Of a DNA stretch of 64,000 nt, positions 49,342 to 59,993 are shown one piece after another (the stretch's first letter is position 1; each line of letters begins with the position of its first letter). This DNA comes from Nocardioides sp. (GTDB taxonomy: Bacteria; Actinomycetota; Actinomycetes; Propionibacteriales; Nocardioidaceae), in the NCBI GenBank assembly GCA_020636915.1, contig JACJWV010000015.1:59218-123217 (forward strand), given 5' to 3'. Made by a program: the position numbers and the translations under genes. The notes under the pieces are model-generated. The model saw nothing but the letters and a program-made list of their open reading frames with translations, was not told the origin of the DNA and did not search any database.

Positions 49342-49938
49342 TCAGGCCGGGATCGGCTGGTCGTCGTCGCGGGGCCCGAAGATGCAGACCTCGTCGAGCT
49401 GCTCGGCCGACAGCGGGAGGCCCCACGCCTGCATCTGGGTGCGCGAGCGCCGGGAGAAGAGCGCCCGGAACAGCTCGTAGGGGTCGACGTCCGCGGGCAC
49501 TCCGGCGGTGCCGAACCGCATCGGCGCGACGCCGGCCAGCACCGGCTCCCACAGGTGGTCGGGGAGCCGGCCACGCCCGAGGGCCTCGTGGAGGTCGGCG
49601 TGGTGCACCGCGATGTCCCAGACGATCGCGGGGCGGGGGTTGTCGGCCACCTGCTCGGCGATCGGGTCCTGGTGCGACTGCATCTCCGTGACCAGGTCCG
49701 GGACGGGCAGCCCGCGCCGCTCCCCGACGTGCCGCGCCGTCCACTCCGGCCCCGGCGCCCCGTCCATCCGGCCGGTGACGGCGTCGGACGGTCCGCCGGC
49801 CAGGTGGGCGATCACGTCGTGCACGGTCCACGCGGGCGTCGCCGGCACCTCCCGGGCGAGCTCGTCAGCGGTCAGGTCCGTGGCGAGCGCGCAGACGGCG
49901 CCCACGTGCTCGCGGTAGAGGGCACCCCAATCGGTCAT
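49342..49938 (-). CDS. Maleylpyruvate isomerase-like mycothiol-dependent enzyme
   Basis: VPATPAWTVHDVIAHL, DIAVHHADL. Confidence 0.82.
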   Translation of the reverse strand: MTDWGALYREHVGAVCALATDLTADELAREVPATPAWTVHDVIAHLAGGPSDAVTGRMDGAPGPEWTARHVGERRGLPVPDLVTEMQSHQDPIAEQVADNPRPAIVWDIAVHHADLHEALGRGRLPDHLWEPVLAGVAPMRFGTAGVPADVDPYELFRALFSRRSRTQMQAWGLPLSAEQLDEVCIFGPRDDDQPIPA

Positions 49939-49976
49939 GGGAGGACCGTAGGCACGCGAGGTGATTTCGGGAAAGG

Positions 49977-50003
49977 TGTCGTACCGACGCCGTCCTGTCC
50001 GTG
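49977..50003 (+). promoter_or_regulatory. Putative ECF42 promoter
   Basis: TGTCGT-N17-CGTG upstream of the yciI-sigma pair, resembling the ECF42 TGTCGA/CGTC consensus. Confidence 0.45.
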
Positions 50004-50050
50004 GAGTGGGTGAACGGCCCGCTCGGGGCCCCATCCCAGGAGGAAGTGAC

Positions 50051-50419
50051 ATGACCCAGTACCTGCTCGCCGTCAACCACACACCCGAGGACCTCGCCGC
50101 GATGGACGCCATGTCCCCCGCGGAGATGCAGGCGATGTTCGACACCGTGGGTGCCTTCAACCAGCGCCTGCAGGCCGAGGGGGCCTGGGTCTTCGCCGGA
50201 GGGCTCCAGAACCACGACTCGACCACGACCGTCGACAACACCGGCTCCGACGTCGTCGTGACCGACGGCCCCTTCGTGGAGTCCAAGGAGTACCTCGGTG
50301 GCTTCTGGGTGATCGAGGCACCCGACCTGGATGCTGCGCTGAAGTGGGCCGCCGAGGGCTCGAAGGCCTGCGGCAACCGGGTCCAGGTGCGGCCGTTCCA
50401 GGAGGAGCCCGACGCGTGA
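50051..50419 (+). CDS. YciI/DGPF domain protein
   Basis: TDGPFVESKEYLGGF; AGGAGG RBS. Confidence 0.92.
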   Translation: MTQYLLAVNHTPEDLAAMDAMSPAEMQAMFDTVGAFNQRLQAEGAWVFAGGLQNHDSTTTVDNTGSDVVVTDGPFVESKEYLGGFWVIEAPDLDAALKWAAEGSKACGNRVQVRPFQEEPDA

Positions 50420-51659
50420 GCGACGCCGTAGCGGCGATCGAGCGGATCTACCGCGAGGAGTACGGCCGGGTCGTCGCCTCGCTGGTCCGCCGCTTCGGCG
50501 ACATCGACGTCGCCGAGGAGGCGGCCGGTGAGGCGCTCCTGGTCGCGGTCGAGCGGTGGCCGGTGGACGGGGTCCCGCCCAACCCCGGCGGTTGGCTGAC
50601 CACGACCGCCGCCCGGCGTGCCATCGACCGGATCCGCCGTGAGTCGCACCGCGACGCCAAGCACCAGGCGGCCCTGATGATCGCGAACCCCGAAGGACAC
50701 GAGCCGACCGGCCTCGTCGAGGACGACCGGCTCCGGCTGATCTTCACCTGCTGCCACCCGGCGCTGGCCCCCGAGGCGCGGGTCGCGCTCACCCTTCGCC
50801 TTCTGGGTGGCCTGACCGTCGCCGAGATCGCGGCGGCCTTCCTGGTGCCCGAGACGACGATGGCGCAACGGATCACCCGGGCCAAGCGCAAGATCAAGGA
50901 CGCCCACATCCCGTTCCGGGTGCCCGACGAGGCCGACCTGACCGCGCGGCTCGCCGGCGTGCTGGCCGTGGTCTACCTGGTCTTCAACGAGGGCTACCTG
51001 GCCACCTCGGGTGAGCAGGCCGTGCGCGAGGACCTCACGGGCGAGGCGATCCGGCTCGGCCGGATCCTGCACGACCTGCTCCCCGACGAGCCCGAGGTCT
51101 GCGGCCTCCTGGCGCTGATGCTCCTCACCGAGGCGCGCCGGCCCAGCCGGGTCGACGAGAGCGGCGAGCTGGTGACGCTGCGCGACCAGGACCGCGGCGG
51201 GTGGGAACGCGCCCTCGTCGAGGAGGGGCACGACCTGGTGCGCGAGTGCCTGGCGCGCCACGCCTCGGGCGGGAGGCGGCCGGGGCAGTACCAGCTGCTC
51301 GCCGCGATCAACGCCGTCCACACCGATGCGCCCGAGGTCGGCGCGACCGACTGGGCGCAGATCGCCGCGCTCTACGACCAGCTGTACGCCGTCGCGCCGT
51401 CCCCCGTGGTCGCGCTCAACCGGGCGGTGGCGACCGCCGAGCTGGACGGCCCCGCGGTCGCCCTCGCCGAGGTCGACCGGCTCGCCGAGGTCGAGCCGAG
51501 CCTGACGTCGTACCACGCCTGGCACGCGACGCGCGCCGACCTGCTGCGCCGCCTCGGCCGGAGTGCCGACGCGCGGGCGGCGTACGACGCCGCGATCGAC
51601 GCGACGGCGAACCCGGCCGAGCGCGCCTACCTCGCCCGCCGCCGTGGCACGCTGGCGCC

Positions 51660-51663
<4 letters not shown>
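50416..51663 (+). CDS. ECF sigma factor, ECF42-type (C-terminal TPR extension)
   Basis: DDRLRLIFTCCHPAL, MAQRITRAK, YLVFNEGY, PVVALNRAVA. Confidence 0.9.
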
Positions 51664-53579
<1,916 letters not shown>

Positions 53580-53582
53580 GGC

Positions 53583-53678
53583 GTGCGGGGTTCGGCTGCT
53601 GGCAGCCGAACCCCGCAGGACACGCCGACCCGCTCCGGCGTGTCCTGCGGGTTCTGGCTGCCAGCAGCCAGAACCCGC
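53583..53678. repeat. Dispersed palindromic repeat family A, copy 2
   Basis: TGCGGGGTTCGGCTGCTGGCAGCCGAACCCCGCA, GACACGCCG/CGGCGTGTC linker, second palindrome. Confidence 0.85.
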
Positions 53679-53701
53679 TTGCCCAGCCACCGTCGCTGGC
53701 G

Positions 53702-53719
53702 TACGCTCACGATATATCG
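53702..53719 (+). promoter_or_regulatory. -10 box TACGCT and palindromic PadR operator candidate CGATATATCG
   Basis: Perfect 10-bp AT-rich palindrome near the likely TSS of the padR gene. Confidence 0.6.
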
Positions 53720-53789
53720 CGACACGTCGACGACAGTCAGACGAGTGATACCGAGACATCGAGAGACACAGCAGAGAGGAGTCCTGATC

Positions 53790-54485
53790 GTGGGACACCG
53801 AGGATTCGGTCGGCAGTGGGTGTACCACCCCGACCAGCAGATGCAGCAGCACGGACGACGCGGCGGCTGGGGCGGTCCGCCCTGGGGAGGCTTCGGCCCG
53901 CACGGGGTCGGGCGGCCCGGCAACCCGGGCCCGCCGCCGTGGGTGGCCGGCCTGTTCGGGCTCGCCCAGGGCGAGCGGCAGCGTGGGCCGCGGGTACGCC
54001 GCGGCGACGTCCGCTCCGCGATCCTGGACGTGGTCCGGGCCGCGAAGGACAACGGCGAGGACCTCAACGGCTACCAGGTGATCCAGCAGATCACCGAGCG
54101 TAGCAACGGCGCGTGGCGGCCGAGCCCGGGCTCGGTCTACCCGACCGTCTCGCAGCTGGAGGACGAGGGCCTGCTCGTCACCACCGACAGCAACGGCCGC
54201 CGCAGCCTGGCCCTGACGACGGCAGGTGAGGAGTACGTCGCCGGTCACGCCGACGAGCTCGCCGCGGTCTGGGCGCCGTTCGAGGAGCCCGAGCGGGACG
54301 AGGAGGGCGGGGTCGCGGACCTGCGGCCCGAGATCGGCCAGGTCATGGGCGCGGTGTGGCAGATCGTCAGCACCGGCAGCGACCGCCAGCGGCGCGCCGC
54401 GATCGAGATCCTCGTCGAGACCCGCCGCAAGCTCTACGGCGTGCTCGCCGACGGCGACGACCCGGAGCAGCCCGAGGCCGACTGA
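53790..54485 (+). CDS. PadR family regulator with Gly/Pro-rich N-terminus
   Basis: RRGDVRSAIL, GYQVIQ, WRPSPGSVYP, ETRRKLYGVLA. Confidence 0.92.
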   Translation: MGHRGFGRQWVYHPDQQMQQHGRRGGWGGPPWGGFGPHGVGRPGNPGPPPWVAGLFGLAQGERQRGPRVRRGDVRSAILDVVRAAKDNGEDLNGYQVIQQITERSNGAWRPSPGSVYPTVSQLEDEGLLVTTDSNGRRSLALTTAGEEYVAGHADELAAVWAPFEEPERDEEGGVADLRPEIGQVMGAVWQIVSTGSDRQRRAAIEILVETRRKLYGVLADGDDPEQPEAD

Positions 54486-54523
54486 GGCCCGGCCAGCGAC
54501 CCGACGAGCGGCAGGAGCAGGCG

Positions 54524-54922
54524 ATGGACGACCGACTGCGGATCAGCGACGCCGAGCGCGACCGGGCGGCCGCGGAGCTCGGCGAGCACTACGCCCAGGG
54601 CCGGATCACGACCGAGGAGCACGCCGAGCGGCTGGACCGCATCTGGGCGGCCCGGACCCGCGGCGAGCTGGCGCCGGTCTTCGCGGACCTGCCCGGCCAC
54701 CAGGGCCCGGGGGCCGCGGCCCCGGCACGCCGACCGGCGTACCGGGCACCCGGACCCCCGTGGCGACGCAGCCTGCCCGCGCCGGTGCTCGGGCTGTTCG
54801 TCGTGCTGCTGGCGCTGACGATCGCCACCCACAAGCCCGTCCTCGTGGTCGGGTTGTTGGTGCTGGTCGTCCTCGCGCGGCGTCGCTCGCGCGGCCGGCG
54901 GTGGTCTGGACGACAGGAGTAG
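54524..54922 (+). CDS. DUF1707 (SHOCT-like) membrane protein
   Basis: RISDAERDRAAAEL..HYAQGRI..EHAERL...ARTRGEL..VFADLP plus C-terminal TM segments. Confidence 0.88.
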   Translation: MDDRLRISDAERDRAAAELGEHYAQGRITTEEHAERLDRIWAARTRGELAPVFADLPGHQGPGAAAPARRPAYRAPGPPWRRSLPAPVLGLFVVLLALTIATHKPVLVVGLLVLVVLARRRSRGRRWSGRQE

Positions 54923-54952
54923 ACCAGGTGTGCAGACCATGACGCTAGACCA
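54902..54952 (+). promoter_or_regulatory. Four 13-bp-phased TGGTCTAGACCA-like sites upstream of the array
   Basis: TGGTCTGGACGA 54902, AGGAGTAGACCA 54915, GTGTGCAGACCA 54928, GACGCTAGACCA 54941; TAACCT -10 candidate at 54978. Confidence 0.55.
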
Positions 54953-55071
54953 GGTATCCGAGCGGGCGTGACGTTCTTAACCTGACGAGACCGGGCGTGG
55001 GGACCGGCTGGAGTGATCTCGGGATGAGGTGTGCTCCACCCGTTGTACCTGACAGCAAGGAGATCGTCGTC

Positions 55072-56124
55072 ATGACAGCTCGAAGTCGCACCCGCACCTT
55101 CCTCTTCGGTGCCGCTGCCGCTGCGCTGCTCGCGCCGATCGCCCTGGTCGCTGCCATGGCGAGCCCGGCGTCCGCCGCGCCCGGCAAGCCGCACGAGGTC
55201 TACATGTACAAGGTCGAGAAGCACGTCGACCTCTCCGGCGAGTTCCCGGACCAGAACCTGCACGAGCACGTCTACTGCAACCCGGGCGACATCGCGCTCG
55301 ACGGCATGTGGCGGGTCGACCATGTCGACCAGGCCAACCCGCCCGACACCTACGGGGACGAGCGCGACGTCTCCGTCCTCGCCTCGTACGGCGACGACAT
55401 CGACCGGACGAAGTGGCACTTCCGCATGACGAACTTCGCGGACGGCGACGCGCAGATCAAGCTCTTCGCGACGTGCATCCGCGGCACTGTCGAGCAGGCA
55501 TACGGTCACACCCACGAGGTGCGCGTCACGGGGCGCGGCGACCAGCAGCACAACGGACTGCTCGCCAGCCCGAACGTGCAGTCGTTCGCCTGGGACAACG
55601 CCTGCCCCGACGACTCCTACGCCGTGACGCCGGGCTTCAACGTGACCAGCTCCGAGTTCGGCAAGCGGGTGCGGATCGTCCGGAGCTACCCCTCGGCCGC
55701 GAACTTCCAGGGGTGGCGCTGGGCCTTCGTGGTGAGTGACCCGGTGGACATCACGGTCTACCTGCGTTGCCTGCGGACGACGACCGGCTCCGGGGGATCC
55801 GGACCGCACGCTCACCAGCTCCCGATGGCCTGGCGCCCGACCGGGCAGGGCGGCTACTTCTCCAACCTCAACGTGGTCGGGACCCAGGAGCGCCGCGTCA
55901 ACTGCGACGACGGGGCGAACGGAAACCGCTACCAGGACTACAAGGCCATGGTGGGTGCGTTCTGGATCAACGACCCGAGCCACGTGTGGTTCCTCGGCAT
56001 GGACCCGCGTCCCAAGCAGCGTGCCTACAAGTTCTGGTGGGACGGCGGCGGGGACTCCGGGATCTACCTGGACGCACTGTGTGTCCGGGCCCGTACCGGC
56101 AAGCAGATCGCGCCGGTTCCCTGA
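55072..56124 (+). CDS. Secreted 6-Cys three-module protein, array member P1 (subtype A)
   Basis: Sec signal peptide (ASA); DGMWRVDHVD, DAQIKL..TCI, TPGF, YKAM, WFLGMDPRPK; AAGGAG RBS. Confidence 0.85.
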   Translation: MTARSRTRTFLFGAAAAALLAPIALVAAMASPASAAPGKPHEVYMYKVEKHVDLSGEFPDQNLHEHVYCNPGDIALDGMWRVDHVDQANPPDTYGDERDVSVLASYGDDIDRTKWHFRMTNFADGDAQIKLFATCIRGTVEQAYGHTHEVRVTGRGDQQHNGLLASPNVQSFAWDNACPDDSYAVTPGFNVTSSEFGKRVRIVRSYPSAANFQGWRWAFVVSDPVDITVYLRCLRTTTGSGGSGPHAHQLPMAWRPTGQGGYFSNLNVVGTQERRVNCDDGANGNRYQDYKAMVGAFWINDPSHVWFLGMDPRPKQRAYKFWWDGGGDSGIYLDALCVRARTGKQIAPVP

Positions 56125-56170
56125 CGGCACCTCCAGCCCCATTCCTGCGAACCACGAGGAGATCGTCGCC

Positions 56171-57241
56171 ATGACGCTAGCCAGCCGGATCCGCGTCGCG
56201 GCAGCCATTGGAGCGCTCGTGGCTCCCCTGGCTCTCGTGGCCGCGTCGACGTCCCCCGCGGACGCCGGCACCCCGAAGCACAAGCACGAGATGGTGCTCT
56301 ACAAGGTCGAGAGCACCGTCAAGCTCAGCGACGCGAGCCTCGACACCGAGTCGCTGAGCTGCAGCCCCGGTGACTACGTCCTCGACGGCATGTGGCTGGT
56401 CAAGCACGTCGACCAGTACTCGCCCGACCCCGACGACGACCCGGGCTTCCCGACGGGTGGGGCCTACAACGACGAGCGTGACGTCTGGGTGCAGGCGTCG
56501 TACCCGGACCAGGGCGACCTCCGCACGTGGCGGTTCAAGTTCCAGAACAAGGCGTACGGCGACGCCCAGCTGCGGCTCGCGATCACCTGCATCAACGGCG
56601 CGACGCAGTTCACCAACGGCCACCGTCACCAGGTCTACGTCCACCATCTCTTCGGGGGTGGCGCTGCGACGACCGACGAGGGCAACGGCCGCTTCTACGT
56701 CGACTCGGGCGACCCGGGGTTCAGCACCTGTGCTGCCAACAACGAGTACTTCGTCGCACCTGGCTTCGATCTCGGCAGCACCAACTACCGGATCGTCGGC
56801 AGCTACCCGTCGACCAAGAACGCCGGGCTGTCCTGGGCCTGGGAGTTCGCCGTCGACGCCGTGCCGACGCAGCCCGCCAGCATCAACGTCTACGGCCGGT
56901 GCATCGACCGGCGCGTGCTGGCCGACTCCGGTCACCGGCACGCGATCGCCATGGCACACCTGCCCGGTCTGCCGTTCGCGTCGTGGAAGCAGAGCTTCAA
57001 CCCCACCGGGTTCCCCAACGAGTTCCAGTACCAGTGCGACCAGGACTACCCCCAGTTCCACAACTACAAGGCGATGGTGGGCTGGTTCTGGATGGGTGCG
57101 CACTGGGAGCACAACTGGTTCATCGGCATGGAGCCGCGGCCCAAGCTGCGGGCCTTCACCTTCATGAACAAGGACCCCAACCCGGCCCAGGTGAAGTACG
57201 GCACGCTGTGCATCAACGCCAGGACGTCGAACCCGGTCTGA
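56171..57241 (+). CDS. Secreted 6-Cys three-module protein, P2 (subtype B)
   Basis: Signal peptide (ADA); HKH, HRH, HRH; DGMWLVKHVD; WFIGMEPRPK; starts 46 bp after P1. Confidence 0.85.
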   Translation: MTLASRIRVAAAIGALVAPLALVAASTSPADAGTPKHKHEMVLYKVESTVKLSDASLDTESLSCSPGDYVLDGMWLVKHVDQYSPDPDDDPGFPTGGAYNDERDVWVQASYPDQGDLRTWRFKFQNKAYGDAQLRLAITCINGATQFTNGHRHQVYVHHLFGGGAATTDEGNGRFYVDSGDPGFSTCAANNEYFVAPGFDLGSTNYRIVGSYPSTKNAGLSWAWEFAVDAVPTQPASINVYGRCIDRRVLADSGHRHAIAMAHLPGLPFASWKQSFNPTGFPNEFQYQCDQDYPQFHNYKAMVGWFWMGAHWEHNWFIGMEPRPKLRAFTFMNKDPNPAQVKYGTLCINARTSNPV

Positions 57242-57265
57242 CGAGACCCTGACCGAGACCTGACT

Positions 57266-57293
57266 GAGCCCGCCCGTACGCCGGGGCGGGCTC
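57266..57293 (+). terminator. Hairpin after P2
   Basis: GAGCCCGCCC...GGGCGGGCTC. Confidence 0.7.
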
Positions 57294-57333
57294 GGTCGCG
57301 TCACGCCGGGTTCCCGATCAGGAGCGGGGTCGA

Positions 57334-57480
57334 CGGTCTGGTCCTGTGGAGCAGACCACCGCGAGGTCGCGGCACGAACGGCTGACACAGGACTACCCTG
57401 GAAGTGCCACACCGCCCCACGTCCTCGGGGACCGCGAACCAAGATCTCGGTCTCGGGATGCCCGTTTGGAGGCGGTGGTC
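57334..57480 (+). promoter_or_regulatory. P3 upstream cassette: phased sites, -10 TACCCT, conserved leader
   Basis: CGGTCTGGTCCT/TGGAGCAGACCA; GGAC-TACCCT-N4-GTGCC; CCCACGTCCTCGGGG; TGGAGGCGGTGGTCATG. Confidence 0.75.
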
Positions 57481-58509
57481 ATGGCCACCAGGTTCCGTTC
57501 CGCCCTCGTCGGTGCCGCCGCCGCGGCGCTCATCATGCCGGCCGTTGCTGTGCTCGCCGGAGCCGCGCCCGCCTCAGCGAGCTCGCCACGTCCGCACGAG
57601 GTGGCGATGTACAAGGTCGAGAGGCACGTCGACCTCGGTGGTGAGTACCCCGACAACTGGATCGACACGACACTTTCCTGCAACGGCGGCGACTACGTGC
57701 TCGAGGGCATGTGGCGGGTCGACCACGTCGACCAGGCTCAGCCGCCGGACAGCTTCGGCGACGAGCGCAACGTGACGATGGCCGGGTCGTACGGAGACGT
57801 CAGCGACGTCAGCAAGTGGCACTTCCGCATGACGAACTTCGCCGACGGTGACGCACAGATCAAGCTGTTCCTGACGTGCATCCGCGGTCAGGTCGACCCG
57901 GCATTCGGGCATGCCCACAACCTGGTCATCTCGGCGCAGAAGTCGGTGACCCAGTCGTCGATGCCTGCCGGAAGCGCCACCGTGGCCATGAGCCCCGGAT
58001 GTGACGTGAGCGCCCTTCCGGTGGCCCCTGGGTTCAGCTTCTCGTCGCACGCGCAGGGGTCCCGGATCTACCGGAGCTGGCCGTCGACCGACCTTCGCAG
58101 CTGGCAGTGGGCGTTCCAGGTCAACGTCGCCAACCTGGACGTGACCACGACACTCCGTTGCCTGGACTTCGCGACGACACAGGGCGGCGCAGGATCTCAC
58201 GTTCACAAGCTGTTCTCCGCCTTCCGTCCGGTCGGCTCCGCCGGCGACCACCAGTACCTGGACGTGAGCGGGATGCAGGAACGGCGCATCAACTGTGACG
58301 ACGGCGCCGACGGCAAGTACTTCTCGGACTACAAGGCCATGGTGGGGGCGTTCTGGATCGACGACTACACCCACGCCTGGTTCCTGGGGATGGACCCGCG
58401 GCCCAAGCAGCGGTCCTACAAGTTCTGGTGGGACGGCAGCGGCTCGAACAACGTCTGGCTGGGCGCACAGTGCATCCGGGCCCGGACGGGCAAGCAGGTC
58501 GCCTCGTGA
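57481..58509 (+). CDS. Secreted 6-Cys three-module protein, P3 (subtype A)
   Basis: Same motifs as P1; signal peptide MATRFRS...ASA. Confidence 0.85.
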   Translation: MATRFRSALVGAAAAALIMPAVAVLAGAAPASASSPRPHEVAMYKVERHVDLGGEYPDNWIDTTLSCNGGDYVLEGMWRVDHVDQAQPPDSFGDERNVTMAGSYGDVSDVSKWHFRMTNFADGDAQIKLFLTCIRGQVDPAFGHAHNLVISAQKSVTQSSMPAGSATVAMSPGCDVSALPVAPGFSFSSHAQGSRIYRSWPSTDLRSWQWAFQVNVANLDVTTTLRCLDFATTQGGAGSHVHKLFSAFRPVGSAGDHQYLDVSGMQERRINCDDGADGKYFSDYKAMVGAFWIDDYTHAWFLGMDPRPKQRSYKFWWDGSGSNNVWLGAQCIRARTGKQVAS

Positions 58510-58528
58510 TCCGTTGAGCTCGGGTCGA

Positions 58529-58566
58529 CTGACGAGGCCCGCTCCTCCCGGGGCGGGCCTCGTCAG
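58529..58566 (+). terminator. Hairpin after P3
   Basis: CTGACGAGGCCCGC/GCGGGCCTCGTCAG 14-bp stem. Confidence 0.75.
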
Positions 58567-58575
58567 GCTCCGGTC

Positions 58576-58719
58576 CGGTTCGGACCACTGGAGCAGACCA
58601 GGCAACGAGAACGGCGCGAGCCGGACCTGGCGGGACTAGATTGGCGGTGCCACACCGCCCCACGTCCTCGGGGACCGCAGATTCGACATTGGTCTCGGGT
58701 TCCGTTGGAGGCGGTGGTC
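58576..58719 (+). promoter_or_regulatory. P4 upstream cassette
   Basis: CGGTTCGGACCA/TGGAGCAGACCA; GGAC-TAGATT-N4-GTGCC; same leader core and RBS as P3. Confidence 0.75.
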
Positions 58720-59802
58720 ATGCCCACCAGGTTCCGTCCCACTCTCATCAGTGCCGCCGCCGCGGCGCTCCTGCTGCCGTTCCTGTCGGCGTTCGTCGGA
58801 GCGGCGCCCGCTGTGGCCGGACGCGACATGCACAAGCACGAGGTCGCGATGTACCGGGTCGACAAGTACGTCAAGCTCGCTGGCGTGGGCACCGACACGG
58901 TGGGTGACACCCCGTTCCAGTCCCTGTCCTGCAATGGCGGCGACACGGTCACCGACGGGATGTGGCTGGTCGACCACGTCGACCCGTACGTCCCGGTCAC
59001 CGATCCTGACGGCGACCCCGACTACCCGCCGGACGGCCCCGACCCGAGCGCCTACAACGACCAGCGCGACGTGCAGGTCGACGCGTCCTATCCCTCGTGG
59101 GACAACCGCACCTGGAACTTCAGGTTCGACAACACCGCGTACGGCGACGCACAGGTCAAGCTGTACGTGCTCTGCATCCACGGTTCCACGGAGCAGGCCA
59201 GCGGGCACAACCACAGCATCTCCGTGGGCATGCTGGGGACCGAGACCAGCAGCAGCACGAGCTACAGCTGGCAGAAGCTGTGCACCAAGGACCAGTACTT
59301 CGTCGCTCCGGGATTCGAGCTGCACGGTGCCCCGTACCGGCTGGTCGGCAGCTTCCCGAAGTCCGGACCGAACCCGTCCGTGCCCGCGGACACCAAGGGC
59401 TGGAACTGGGAGTTCGCCCTGAGCAACCCCAACCACCCTGCCTCGTTCGGGAACGCCACGTTCTACGGCAAGTGCATCAACCGGCTGACCACCGTCGCGT
59501 GGCCCGCCCACCAGCACGCCATCTCGATGCGGTGGGCGCCCACCAGCTACGTGGACCGGACCGTCGGGCCGGGTAGCCCCCAGTGGGTGCAGTACCAGTG
59601 CGACGAGGACAACTCGGCCATGCACAACTACAAGGCCATGACCGCGTCGTTCTACCTCCTGAACAACAGCAAGACGTGGTTCCTCGGCATGGAGCCCCGC
59701 CCGAAGATCCGTGCCTACTCGTTCCTGGCGACCACCAGCAACCAGACCGTGAAGGTGGGAACCCTCTGCATCGACGGCCGGACCTCGTTCAAGATCAAGT
59801 AG
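58720..59802 (+). CDS. Secreted 6-Cys three-module protein, P4 (subtype B)
   Basis: HKH, HNH, HQH; Asp/Pro-rich loop then AYNDQRDV; HNYKAM; WFLGMEPRPK. Confidence 0.85.
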   Translation: MPTRFRPTLISAAAAALLLPFLSAFVGAAPAVAGRDMHKHEVAMYRVDKYVKLAGVGTDTVGDTPFQSLSCNGGDTVTDGMWLVDHVDPYVPVTDPDGDPDYPPDGPDPSAYNDQRDVQVDASYPSWDNRTWNFRFDNTAYGDAQVKLYVLCIHGSTEQASGHNHSISVGMLGTETSSSTSYSWQKLCTKDQYFVAPGFELHGAPYRLVGSFPKSGPNPSVPADTKGWNWEFALSNPNHPASFGNATFYGKCINRLTTVAWPAHQHAISMRWAPTSYVDRTVGPGSPQWVQYQCDEDNSAMHNYKAMTASFYLLNNSKTWFLGMEPRPKIRAYSFLATTSNQTVKVGTLCIDGRTSFKIK

Positions 59803-59814
59803 CCCATCACGAGC

Positions 59815-59847
59815 ACGGGCTCGCTCCGCACGTCGGGGCGGGCCCGT
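59815..59847 (+). terminator. Hairpin after P4
   Basis: ACGGGCTCGCTCCG/CGGGGCGGGCCCGT with G-U pairs. Confidence 0.65.
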
Positions 59848-59993
59848 TGGCATACCTCCGGTATGGACCGGGGCCAGGAAGGCCTGTCGGGGCGGTGGGA
59901 GAGGACTAGCCTGGACGTGCCGGAGCGGGGTTCCCACCCACGTCCTCGGGGCTGCGACTTCGTCTCGTCCTCGTGCCGATGGAGGCGGTGGCC
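59846..59993 (+). promoter_or_regulatory. P5 upstream cassette
   Basis: GTTGGCATACCT/CGGTATGGACCG; GGAC-TAGCCT-N4-GTGCC; CCCACGTCCTCGGGG; TGGAGGCGGTGGCCATG. Confidence 0.7.

Noticed and set aside
57404-57480. Known riboswitch (c-di-AMP, c-di-GMP, TPP, cobalamin, SAM-IV)
   Set aside because: I could not match the hallmark consensus segments by eye; an Rfam scan is needed to exclude this formally.
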